Assembly (NCBI GenBank): GCA_963721805.1
Contig: CAVRJY010000001.1
Location: forward strand, 499,882 to 563,881
DNA: 64,000 nucleotides
Origin: Nitrospirota bacterium
Lineage (GTDB): Bacteria > Nitrospirota > Thermodesulfovibrionia > Thermodesulfovibrionales > JdFR-86
Reading direction: 5' to 3'
Positions 11,951-20,565 of the stretch are shown in pieces. The notes below the pieces were generated by a model. The model saw only the letters and a list, made by a program, of their open reading frames with translations. It was not told the DNA's origin and searched no databases. The stretch's first letter is position 1. Each line of letters begins with the position of its first letter. Both the position numbers and the translations under genes were made by a program.

Positions 11951-12435
11951 TGTCTGACTCTCCTAATATGGCGCTCTCAAACACTGAAAACAATGAGCAT
12001 GAAAATATCTGGACATTTTCTATAGAGAATCCACATAACCAATTTAGCTTTAAATTTCCAGAGCGAACTTTTAGGACAAAGTATTTCACTGTCTTAAGCA
12101 ACTTGACGCGCACAGAAGACTACTATGTAACCGCTATAAGAAATTTGCTGAAAAAAACAAATTTCCTTGAATTATATCAACAGCTCTTGGAAGATCAGAT
12201 ATCACAAGAAAGTTTCCATAAAGAACTCGCGGAATCCTCCAATAAGTATGTTGTTGATATACATCCTCTTGCCAACAAAGAAGATATTAATATAATTATA
12301 GGAATTGTCAACAGAATAGGCTATGAACTCAGAGAGTTTTCTGGGAATGAAATTGATGAGCTTTTTTCAACCAATATTAGTGAAGAGATTGCTGCTATCG
12401 ACAGCAGTTCGCTGACGAAAAATCTGTATGGTTAA
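11950..12435 (+). CDS. Hypothetical protein, second gene of AT-rich orphan operon
   Basis: 161-aa ORF; overlaps the upstream gene by 1 nt and the downstream gene by 8 nt; no motif recognised. Confidence 0.6.
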   Translation: MSDSPNMALSNTENNEHENIWTFSIENPHNQFSFKFPERTFRTKYFTVLSNLTRTEDYYVTAIRNLLKKTNFLELYQQLLEDQISQESFHKELAESSNKYVVDIHPLANKEDINIIIGIVNRIGYELREFSGNEIDELFSTNISEEIAAIDSSSLTKNLYG

Positions 12436-12808
12436 GCTAATTGCCCAAGGCGCTTCAATCGAAGGCGAAAGAGTATCAGTATATACTCGCAAACAAATAT
12501 TCCACTCTCTTGTTCAAATAGGAGGTATGACATTATGTAAATACAAATGTTCGACACATGTAAAATCAGAAGTTATAGAGGAACTAATCCCAAAAAGATA
12601 TAAGATCAAAAAGACCTCCAATCTGAATGCTGGAGATTTGTTGGAGGCAGATGTTATTGAAGTATATCCCCAATCTATGCTGACGTTCGAAAAAGAAGCA
12701 AATTATAGTCATACTCATGGCATCCAAACAGCTCAATCAAAAGGTTTCACATATGCTGAAATAGCGATCCCTTTTCGGTTTTTGTTAGAAAGAGCTATTG
12801 GGAGATAA
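12428..12808 (+). CDS. Hypothetical protein, third gene of AT-rich orphan operon
   Basis: 126-aa ORF whose start lies inside the end of the previous ORF (ATGGTTAA); no motif recognised. Confidence 0.55.
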   Translation: MVKLIAQGASIEGERVSVYTRKQIFHSLVQIGGMTLCKYKCSTHVKSEVIEELIPKRYKIKKTSNLNAGDLLEADVIEVYPQSMLTFEKEANYSHTHGIQTAQSKGFTYAEIAIPFRFLLERAIGR

Positions 12809-12927
12809 GAAAATGGGAGAACCGGGACAGCTATACTTTTTACGAATTTCGATGCAGGCGGCCCTCTTCATTAACCACAGTTAATCGGAAGTTAATAGAA
12901 AACGCATGACCCTTCATTTTTCCTATC

Positions 12928-12973
12928 AACCTTCGGTTTATATATAAACCGTAGGTTATCGCATTTTTTATTT
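12928..12973 (+). terminator. Hairpin plus T-run downstream of the orphan operon
   Basis: AACCTTCGGTTTA-TATA-TAAACCGTAGGTT (13-bp stem, one mismatch), followed after 6 nt by TTTTTTATTT. Confidence 0.5.
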
Positions 12974-13219
12974 CGTTGTGCTTCAATACTGCATGAGGCT
13001 GATATGCTCATATTTGAAGGTGCTGAAAACGCGGAAGGATGCCGATGGGCGGCGCGAAAAACGTTTCTGAACGCCTAAACACGGAGGTCGCAAAAAAGCG
13101 ATGAAATCCGCATGGTTAGAAGCTGTTTTCTTCGTTCATTTGAACGCTCTAAAAAAATACGCGCGGCCGCGCGCGGTAAGTATGTATATAACTAAGGCTA
13201 CGGATGCAGGTCAAAGAAA

Positions 13220-13403
13220 GCCGTTGACCTCGTGGGGCGCGGGGGGCGGGGCCGACTGGCCCCCTTCTTTCCCCCCGAAAGCGCGCCCAAATCGGCTTCA
13301 GACAAGGCAGGGCGAGAAGACCGCCCGATGGTGTACTGTGACGTACATAGAGGGCGAGTCTTCGAAGCCCAACGCAGTATCAAGCGATTTGGAGCGCTTT
13401 GAA
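13220..13403 (+). repeat. Dispersed structured repeat, copy C (plus orientation)
   Basis: Core 13271..13403 is near-identical to copy A. It has the same GGGCGC/GCGCCC and G6/C6 stems, but the apical region is replaced by a longer self-pairing insert (CGGGGCC-GACT-GGCCCC). It ends at TTGAA, 10 nt before the regulator promoter. Confidence 0.85.
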
Positions 13404-13413
13404 AAAAAGCTTG

Positions 13414-13443
13414 TTGAGCGGTGGGGCGTTGTGAGGGTATACT
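13414..13443 (+). promoter_or_regulatory. Putative sigma-70-type promoter, possibly giving a leaderless mRNA
   Basis: TTGAGC - 18 nt - TATACT. The -10 element ends 7 nt before ATG 13451, and no Shine-Dalgarno sequence lies between them. Confidence 0.35.
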
Positions 13444-13450
13444 GTTAGTT

Positions 13451-14146
13451 ATGGCTGACAAGGGAAGAATCCTGGTAGTCGAGGACGAACAGAAGATCGC
13501 CGACGTTACCAAGGCCTATCTCGAGCGCGCCGGCTTCGAGGTCGTGCATGCCGCTACAGGCGCGCGCGCGGTCTCGCTCCTGAAGGAGAAGTTCGACCTC
13601 ATCTTGCTTGACCTGATGCTCCCGGACATGGACGGCGAGGAGATATGCCGCCTCGTGCGCGAGCACTCGCAAGTGCCGATCATCATGCTCACGGCCAAGA
13701 GCGCCGAGGACGACCGCGTCAAGGGCCTGGGCATGGGCGCGGACGACTACGTTGTGAAGCCCTTCAGCCCGCGCGAGCTGGTCGCGCGCGTAGAGGCGCA
13801 CCTGAGGCGCACGAAGAAGCCTCAGCACACGATGAAGTTCAACGGCGGGGCGCTGGTTATCAACGTCGAGAACCACGAGGTGCTGGTCGACGGCTGCCCG
13901 ATCACGCTGACCCCGACCGAGTTCAAGATACTCCAGTGCCTGGCCGACAGGCCGCAGGCCGTCCTGGGGCGGCTTCAGCTCGTGAACCTCGTGCAGGGCT
14001 ATGACTTCGAGGGCTACGAGCGCACCATAGACGCGCACGTCAAGAACCTCCGCCACAAGATCGAGGAGGACTCGCGCTCGCCGCGCTTCATCAAGACCGT
14101 CTACGGCATGGGCTACAAGTTCATCGGCACGCGGGATGAGGACTAA
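13451..14146 (+). CDS. OmpR-family response regulator (receiver plus winged-helix)
   Basis: ORF 13421..14146; ATG at 13451 gives MADKGRILVVEDE...DLMLPDMDG...; C-terminal YGMGYKF. Confidence 0.9.
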   Translation: MADKGRILVVEDEQKIADVTKAYLERAGFEVVHAATGARAVSLLKEKFDLILLDLMLPDMDGEEICRLVREHSQVPIIMLTAKSAEDDRVKGLGMGADDYVVKPFSPRELVARVEAHLRRTKKPQHTMKFNGGALVINVENHEVLVDGCPITLTPTEFKILQCLADRPQAVLGRLQLVNLVQGYDFEGYERTIDAHVKNLRHKIEEDSRSPRFIKTVYGMGYKFIGTRDED

Positions 14147-15500
14147 GCTTTTCGTAGCCTTCCTGGCCGTCATCCTCATGGCCCTGCTGTCGAACCTCAT
14201 CTTCCACTACAAGATAATCGACGACTTCGAGGAATACTCGCGCAGCGTCGTCGAGGACGAGCTCTACCTCGTCCTGGCGGCCGTCGAGGGCTGCCGCAAA
14301 GAGGACGGCACGTGGGACCGCGAGGAGCTGGTCGACTCGGTGCGCTGGGCCGCGATGCTCGGTTTCGGCGTCGAGGTGCTCGACGAGGGCGGCCACGTGA
14401 TGCTGACCACCAGGGACTCGCTCCAGGACATCACGCCCGCGCTCTGGCGGAGGGTCAACGCGATAGTTGAGCTCAACTCTCCGGCCGGGGAGTTCGAGGA
14501 CTACCCGCTTTTCTCCGGCGGGGTCGAGATCGGGACGCTCAAGATCAGGCCGCTTCGGAAGCACGGGCTTCAAGCCAAGAAGGAAGACACGTTCAAGCGC
14601 CGCGAGAACGAGTTTCAGAACTTCTCGTTCCTGATCGCGGGGGGCGGTGCGGTATTCCTGGCGCTGATGCTGGTGGCGTACATCACGCGGCCGCTCAGAA
14701 GGCTCAGAGAGGCCGCGTCGCGCGTCGCTTCCGGGGATTTCTCGGTGCGCATCAGGCCTCCGTCGAGCGGGGACGAGATCGAGGAACTCGGCAAGAGCTT
14801 CGACCACATGGTCGAGAGCCTCGAGCGCGAGGAGGCGATCAGGAAGCGGCTCACGTCGAATATCGCGCACGAACTCCGCACGCCGCTTACGGTCATGCGC
14901 GCCCAGATCGAGGCGATCTCGGACGGCGTGATCGAGCCGGACCGCGAGACGATAGATACGCTCTCCGGCGAGGTCCACCGGCTCGTGAGGCTCGTCGAGG
15001 GCATCGAGGAGATCACGCGCGCCGAGGCGAGCATATTCAAGCAGCCCTCGGTCGATTCGGTCAACTTGCGGGGCATGCTCGAGGGCATCGCCCAGTCTCT
15101 GGGCCTGATCTTCGAGCGCAAGGGCCTGAGCCTGGAGCTTGCGGGCCCGGCGCTCGTCGTGCGCACCGATGCCGACAAGCTCGAGATAATCCTCCGGAAC
15201 CTCCTTAACAACGCAGCCCAGCACACCGCGGCCGGAGGCGTCTCGGTCTCGTGGGGCGCGGAGTCCGGGGGCTTCTCCATCGAGGTCAGGGACACCGGCC
15301 CCGGTATCCCGGCCGAGGAGATCCCGCTGCTGTTCAAGCGCTTCTACAAGGGCTCGGCCTCGAGCGGCACCGGCGTCGGGCTCTCGATAGTGCGCGAGCT
15401 GCTCGATATCCTCGGCGGCACCGTTACGGTCATGAGCAAGCCCGGCGAGGGCGCGGTTTTTCGCGTGAGCATACCCGAGGCCGGCTCCAGGCGCAGGTAG
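14136..15500 (+). CDS. Sensor histidine kinase (TM, HAMP, HisKA, HATPase)
   Basis: 454-aa ORF overlapping the regulator stop; H-box AHELRTPLT; G-boxes DTGPGI and GTGVGLSIV. Confidence 0.9.
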   Translation: MRTKLFVAFLAVILMALLSNLIFHYKIIDDFEEYSRSVVEDELYLVLAAVEGCRKEDGTWDREELVDSVRWAAMLGFGVEVLDEGGHVMLTTRDSLQDITPALWRRVNAIVELNSPAGEFEDYPLFSGGVEIGTLKIRPLRKHGLQAKKEDTFKRRENEFQNFSFLIAGGGAVFLALMLVAYITRPLRRLREAASRVASGDFSVRIRPPSSGDEIEELGKSFDHMVESLEREEAIRKRLTSNIAHELRTPLTVMRAQIEAISDGVIEPDRETIDTLSGEVHRLVRLVEGIEEITRAEASIFKQPSVDSVNLRGMLEGIAQSLGLIFERKGLSLELAGPALVVRTDADKLEIILRNLLNNAAQHTAAGGVSVSWGAESGGFSIEVRDTGPGIPAEEIPLLFKRFYKGSASSGTGVGLSIVRELLDILGGTVTVMSKPGEGAVFRVSIPEAGSRRR

Positions 15501-15666
15501 TTGGTGTCTGTCTCAGGGGCGGCCATATCGACCGACGGTTTTTTGGCGCTTGTGTCATGACAGCATGCTCCGGCGGGATATCAGAAGCTGAAAAAGCATT
15601 TAATTACGGCCTGTTACGTCTGGGCATCCATCTTGCATCACTGGGGTTGCAAGGAGGGATCGAGAT

Positions 15667-15864
15667 ATGTCCATTGACAGAGTCGGCGCATCGGCCGCGC
15701 GCGAGGAGCTGTTGGCGATGATAAGGTCTTCGCGTCAGGCGGCACCGGCCGCCCCGGCCCGGAAGCCTCAGCCAGCGGCCCTCACAAGCCCTGCTCCAGC
15801 GCTGGCCGAACGCCCGGTGGCAGAGGGCCGCATGCCGGTCAGGCGCATCAGCATCTACGTCTGA
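15667..15864 (+). CDS. Small Ala/Pro-rich hypothetical protein
   Basis: 65-aa ORF preceded by a strong Shine-Dalgarno sequence (AAGGAGGG, 7-8 nt before the ATG); no motif recognised. Confidence 0.45.
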   Translation: MSIDRVGASAAREELLAMIRSSRQAAPAAPARKPQPAALTSPAPALAERPVAEGRMPVRRISIYV

Positions 15865-15866
15865 AG

Positions 15867-16241
15867 CTATGGGATCGGGTTGCCGCCGATGGTCTGGGTT
15901 AGGGCCTCGATGAGCTGCGGCGTTTCGAAGGGCTTGATCAGCAGGCCGCTCGATGCGATGCTTGAGGCCTCGCGCATGGCGTAAGCATCCATCGTGTCCG
16001 CTATCAGGACGACTGGCACGCTGTGGGTTTCGGTGAGGCTCCTGGCGAGGCTCAGTTTGTTGCGGTCAAACGATATGTCCAGCACCATGGCGTCCGGACG
16101 CGTCTGCTCCAGGAGGGCCGCCGCGTCCTGGCGGTTCGCGGCTATGCCGACCACGTCATAGCCGGCGCGCTGAAGGGCGCTCTGTATGTCCATCGCGATG
16201 ATGGACTGGTCTTCGATTATGAGAACCTTTACCGGCGCCAT
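15867..16241 (-). CDS. Single-domain CheY-like response regulator
   Basis: 124-aa ORF; VLIIEDQ...AMVLDISF...LLIKPF receiver pattern. Confidence 0.85.
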   Translation of the reverse strand: MAPVKVLIIEDQSIIAMDIQSALQRAGYDVVGIAANRQDAAALLEQTRPDAMVLDISFDRNKLSLARSLTETHSVPVVLIADTMDAYAMREASSIASSGLLIKPFETPQLIEALTQTIGGNPIP

Positions 16242-16537
16242 TGCATTGCTCCCTCCCTGCCTACGCTTAGATGTTAAGTGAATGCAAGCAGGAAGGCAAC
16301 TAGGTAATTATACTTACATAGACACAACCGGCTATAGTAAAGCATCGGCCTAAAATTCATATTATGGTTGTATGATATAATGAATTAGTTATAAATAACA
16401 TAAGCATTATTGGTGTTGGCGTAGATGAATTTTTTGAGTTAGCCTGCAAGCATCAGTGTGCGGCGCGCTCTGGATGTCGAACCTATGCTGTGTGTTAAAT
16501 TATCGGATCGGTTCAATGCTATCATTGGGGGAGATCA

Positions 16538-16624
16538 ATGAAAACAGTAATCTGTCGCGGAGGTCTGTGCTGTCTAATGGATGTGTTTAAATGCGCTTGT
16601 ACTAGGGGTGCGGCGCATGTCTGA
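16538..16624 (+). CDS. 28-codon cysteine-rich mini-ORF overlapping the LuxR-type gene start
   Basis: Read by hand: MKTVICRGGLCCLMDVFKCACTRGAAHV. GGGGAG lies 5 nt upstream of the ATG. Its TGA (16622..16624) overlaps ATG 16617 of the next gene. Too short for the ORF track. Confidence 0.3.
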   Translation: MKTVICRGGLCCLMDVFKCACTRGAAHV

Positions 16625-17696
16625 GGGCAAGGGACGCAACAACCTGCGGAAACTCGGCCGCGAGATCAAGCGGCGCAGCATCTGCCTCATGGACCGCGAG
16701 TCCTTCACCGAATCCATCATGCGCCACTTGAAGACCTCGCTCGGGTGCGCCGTTACGGCCGTGGTCCATGCCTCCGATACGGGGCTCGACCTCTGCGGCG
16801 GGATCCTCCTCGGTTTTTCGCCCGAGCGCGTCAACGCTTTTTTCAACAACGACCACGGTAAGCTCGCGGTCTATAAGGACCTTTTTGACGGGGCCAGGCG
16901 ACACGGCTACCACTGCATGTTTTTCAACGACGCCGAAAAGAACGCCAAGCCCATATTTGACGAACTCTACAAGCCCTTCGGCCTGACCTGCGGGGCGAAG
17001 ATCGTCTTCAGCGATGCCGCCGGCTCGGTGATCGGGGCATATACCCTCAGCAGGGAGACGGGCCCCGATTTCAGCGATGCGGAAAAGGAGCTCATCCAGG
17101 ACATTGCGCCTTACGTGTTTTTCGCGTTCAGGCGCTACCGCTGGCTGGTCGCGCTCGATTTTTTCGGCGTGATCCGCCACGACGAGCTGATGTACGGTAT
17201 GCTTATCACCGACGACTCCGGACGCGTAACATACCAAAACGATGCCGCGAGGTTTCTGCTTAAATCCAAGGAGGGCGATACGGTCCCGATGCCGCTGCTG
17301 GGGGTGTCAGGCAGGCTTGAGGCGGCCTCGAACTCCGCCGATAAGCATACGTTTAACTTCAGGGAACTCGAGGCCTACAAGCCCCCTATCGGAGGCGTTA
17401 CCGCCTACAGGTTCGATGAGGCCCATGGCAACGGCCGCCTCCCTGTCAGCGGCTCGGGCTGGGTGTACCTGCTGAACCCCTGCCACAAGGACGAGCGGGA
17501 GAAGTCCCTATTGACGAAACGCGAACTGGAGGTCATAAGGTGCATAGGCCGCGGCCTGCAGGACAAGGAGATCGCGCTTGCGCTTAACATCTCCGAGAAG
17601 ACCGTGCAGGCCTTCGTGCAGAAGATATACAAGAAGCTCAACACCGAAAACCGGACCGAGGCGGCCATGAAGGCCATACGCCTCGGGCTCCAGTAA
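16617..17696 (+). CDS. LuxR-family transcriptional regulator with uncharacterised ~290-aa N-terminal domain
   Basis: ORF 16581..17696; C-terminal HTH LTKRELEVIRCIGRGLQDKEIALALNISEKTVQAFVQKIYKKL; alternative start at 16581. Confidence 0.85.
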   Translation: MSEGKGRNNLRKLGREIKRRSICLMDRESFTESIMRHLKTSLGCAVTAVVHASDTGLDLCGGILLGFSPERVNAFFNNDHGKLAVYKDLFDGARRHGYHCMFFNDAEKNAKPIFDELYKPFGLTCGAKIVFSDAAGSVIGAYTLSRETGPDFSDAEKELIQDIAPYVFFAFRRYRWLVALDFFGVIRHDELMYGMLITDDSGRVTYQNDAARFLLKSKEGDTVPMPLLGVSGRLEAASNSADKHTFNFRELEAYKPPIGGVTAYRFDEAHGNGRLPVSGSGWVYLLNPCHKDEREKSLLTKRELEVIRCIGRGLQDKEIALALNISEKTVQAFVQKIYKKLNTENRTEAAMKAIRLGLQ

Positions 17697-17702
17697 CGCG
17701 CG

Positions 17703-19040
17703 CTAAGATATCGACTCGATGACGGCCGGGCGCGGCGGCTTCTCGCGCTCTCCGATCTCGATGCCCGAGACGAAGGCCTCCTCGGCCTCCGCTAAGGCCG
17801 CGCCGTCGTTGTAGTGCAGTATCGCCAGCGGCTCGCCCTCGCGCACCGTCTCTCCGACCTTGCGGTTTATCACGATGCCGGCCGCCAGGTCTATCTCGTC
17901 TTCGGCCCTCATGCGGCCGGCCCCCAGCAGCCTTGCGGCCGTGCCCACGGCCTCGGCGTCCAGCGCCCTGAGTATGCCGTCCCTCGGCGCGGGGACGACC
18001 TTCGTGAAGGCCGCGCCCGGGAGCGCCGAGCGCCCCATCACCGCGTCCACATCTCCGCCCTGCGCGTCGACCATCTCCAGGAACTTCTTAAGCGCGTCGC
18101 CTTTTTCTATGAATTCCATCGCCTCGTGCTTGTAGCCTCTGGTCGTGAAATCCGTGAGCCTCGCGGTGGGGCACTCCTCCGTGATCGCGTCGGAGAGGCT
18201 TAGCATCGAGGCCGCGAGGATCAGCGTGACCTCCATCAGGTCCGGTGCGCCCTTGCCCTTAAGCGCGCTTATGGCCTCCTTGATCTCGAGCGAGTTGCCG
18301 ACCGTGCGCCCCAGCGGCTGGTCCATGTCCGTTATCACCGCGACCGTTCGCACGCCCATCGCGTTGCCGATCTTGACCATCGTGTGGGCGAGGGAGCGGG
18401 CCGATTGCAGGTCCTTCGTAAACGCCCCGGAGCCGACCTTGACGTCCAGCACGAGGCCTCTCAAGCCCTCCGAGAGCTTCTTGGACATGATGCTGGACGC
18501 TATGAGCGGGATCGACTCCACCGTGGCGGTCACGTCCCTGAGGCGGTAGAGCACGCGGTCGGCCGGGGCTATCTCCGGGCCCTGCTCGGCTATCGCCACC
18601 CCTATATCGCCCACTATGGCCGAGAACTCATCCGCGCTAAGGTCGGTCCTGAAGCCGGGGATCGCGTGCAGCTTGTCGATAGTCCCGCCGGTATGCCCGA
18701 GCCCGCGCCCGGCTATCATCGGCACCTTCGTGCCCATCGCGGCCATCAGCGGGGCGAGTATTATGCTCGTCTTGTCACCGACGCCGCCGGTCGAGTGCTT
18801 GTCCACTATCGGCGTTGCGGCGTCGCCGAATTCCAGCGTCCGCCCGGAGCGCACCATCGCCTCTGTCATCGCGACCGTCTCGGGGTCGGTCATGCCGCGC
18901 AGGAATACGGCCATCAGGAACGCCGAGGCCTGGTAGTCCGGCACCAGGCCCGTGGCGATGCCGCCTATGATGAAGGCTATCTCCTCATGGGAGAGTTCGC
19001 CGCCGTCGCGTTTCTTCTTTATGATGTCATAGGTATGCAT
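17703..19040 (-). CDS. deoA: Thymidine / pyrimidine-nucleoside phosphorylase
   Basis: 445-aa ORF; N-terminus IIKKKRDGGELSHEEI...PDYQASAFLMA...; HSTGGVGDKTS motif. Confidence 0.9.
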   Translation of the reverse strand: MHTYDIIKKKRDGGELSHEEIAFIIGGIATGLVPDYQASAFLMAVFLRGMTDPETVAMTEAMVRSGRTLEFGDAATPIVDKHSTGGVGDKTSIILAPLMAAMGTKVPMIAGRGLGHTGGTIDKLHAIPGFRTDLSADEFSAIVGDIGVAIAEQGPEIAPADRVLYRLRDVTATVESIPLIASSIMSKKLSEGLRGLVLDVKVGSGAFTKDLQSARSLAHTMVKIGNAMGVRTVAVITDMDQPLGRTVGNSLEIKEAISALKGKGAPDLMEVTLILAASMLSLSDAITEECPTARLTDFTTRGYKHEAMEFIEKGDALKKFLEMVDAQGGDVDAVMGRSALPGAAFTKVVPAPRDGILRALDAEAVGTAARLLGAGRMRAEDEIDLAAGIVINRKVGETVREGEPLAILHYNDGAALAEAEEAFVSGIEIGEREKPPRPAVIESIS

Positions 19041-19163
19041 AGTCCCTCCTGTAGCTGAGCGTATTCTTTTTTATTGATTAATGGCTGAAAGTATAGTATA
19101 TTTACACGAATAGTATACATGTGGCGTTATGCATATTAAAACAGGGGGTGAAAGGGGAATCCT

Positions 19164-19445
19164 ATGGGAGAAGAAAAACTCTCGAAAGAGGAGTTCATCA
19201 GACAGGCTATCGTAGGGCTCAGGAAAGAGGGGTACAAGGGTATCCATACCGTCTATTCCGGCTTTAACGAGGCCTTCAAAGCCTATTATCCCGGCGAGGA
19301 TCCGATAGTGAACACGACCAAGCTCGCATCCGAGGGCAAGATCGTCATCCGTCCCGTCAGGGGCGGCGTGATGCTATACCTGCCCGAGGACGCCCCCGCT
19401 CAGGGCCGCACGGCCGAGGAGGCTCTCAAAAAAATGGGCCTATGA
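19164..19445 (+). CDS. Small conserved-looking hypothetical protein coupled to nadD
   Basis: 93-aa ORF with a purine-rich Shine-Dalgarno region; its stop overlaps the nadD start (ATGA). Confidence 0.55.
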   Translation: MGEEKLSKEEFIRQAIVGLRKEGYKGIHTVYSGFNEAFKAYYPGEDPIVNTTKLASEGKIVIRPVRGGVMLYLPEDAPAQGRTAEEALKKMGL

Positions 19446-20149
19446 AAATAGGCATCCTCGGCGGGACCTTCAACCCGGTCCATTACGGCCACCTGAGGGC
19501 CGCCGAAGAAGTACGGGAGCGGCTTGCCCTGGAGCGGGTGCTGTTCGTGCCCGCCGGCACGCCTCCCCTTAAATCCGGCGAACTCGCTGATGCCCGCCAC
19601 CGTCTCGAGATGGTAACTCTCGCGGTGGCGGGCAATCCTTTTTTCGAGGTCTCCGGCGTCGAGTGCAACAGGCCCGGGACCTCCTATCTCATCGAGACGC
19701 TCGAGACCATCTCGGCCGGACACCCGGACTGGGAGCTGTATTTCATCATCGGCTCCGAGGCGTTCGCCGAGCTCCCGAGGTGGCGCGAGCCCAGGCGGCT
19801 CCTGAATATGGCGCGCTTCGTCGTGCTCGGCCGCCCGCCGCTCGGGTTCGAGGCCGCGCTTAAGGGCTCGCCGTACATCGGCGACGCGCACGCGCTCCGG
19901 GCGCTTGACCGGGGTGAGACCGGGGAGGCCGAGGTCAGCGTTATGGGCGGGGGCTCGGTCATAATGCTCCGGATGGATGCCCTGCCGGTCTCGTCCACCG
20001 CGATACGCTCGGCCCTCAGGGAGGGCAGGAGCATAAGGTATCTGTTGCCACGCGACGTTGAGTTATATATAATAACTGAGAAGCTTTATTTGCCTATGCT
20101 CAGGGAGGACCAGACGACAAGGCGCGAAGGGAAGACAGATTGCCGTTAA
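19442..20149 (+). CDS. nadD: Nicotinate-nucleotide adenylyltransferase
   Basis: GILGGTFNPVHYGHL motif; ...SSTAIR near the C-terminus. Confidence 0.9.
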   Translation: MKIGILGGTFNPVHYGHLRAAEEVRERLALERVLFVPAGTPPLKSGELADARHRLEMVTLAVAGNPFFEVSGVECNRPGTSYLIETLETISAGHPDWELYFIIGSEAFAELPRWREPRRLLNMARFVVLGRPPLGFEAALKGSPYIGDAHALRALDRGETGEAEVSVMGGGSVIMLRMDALPVSSTAIRSALREGRSIRYLLPRDVELYIITEKLYLPMLREDQTTRREGKTDCR

Positions 20150-20565
20150 AACGCAAGGACGCAAGCAGGCGGCGCGCGATTGAAATTGCCCGTATAGCCC
20201 TGGATAAGAAGGCCTCATCGGTAGTCGTTCTAGATATGTCCGGTCTCGTGTATTTCACCGATTACTTCGTGATCTGCTCGGCCGATAACGTCACCCACGC
20301 CGGGGCGCTCGTGGACCACATCGAGCAGGGCATGAAGACCGCCCACAGGCTCAGGCCGATAGGGATCGAAGGCAGGCAGCACGCCCACTGGGTGCTGATC
20401 GATTACGGCGACGTCGTCGTGCATGTGTTTGACAGGGAAACCCGCGAGCACTACGAGCTCGAGAAGCTCTGGCTCGACGCCCCGGAGGTCGCGGTTGAGG
20501 AAGCTAAGGATAAGGCTGCTGTGGGTGGGAAAGACACGGGAGGCGTATCTGAAAAAAGGCATTGA
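20140..20565 (+). CDS. rsfS: Ribosome silencing factor RsfS
   Basis: 141-aa ORF; ...TDYFVICS...W.LIDYGDVVVHVF...R..Y.LE.LW pattern. Confidence 0.85.
   Translation: MPLKRKDASRRRAIEIARIALDKKASSVVVLDMSGLVYFTDYFVICSADNVTHAGALVDHIEQGMKTAHRLRPIGIEGRQHAHWVLIDYGDVVVHVFDRETREHYELEKLWLDAPEVAVEEAKDKAAVGGKDTGGVSEKRH

Noticed and set aside
13101-13448. 115-aa ORF covering repeat copy C (and the analogous ORF 638..922 over copy A)
   Set aside because: The nearly identical nucleotide core is read in different frames in the two ORFs and gives unrelated, low-complexity peptides. The conservation is at the DNA/RNA level, not the protein level.
20423-20494. ATG 20423 as the rlmH start (175 aa)
   Set aside because: It would overlap rsfS by 143 nt and add a Ser/Arg-rich non-homologous N-terminus. 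TTG 20495 with GGAGG 6 nt upstream gives the canonical ~151-aa protein.
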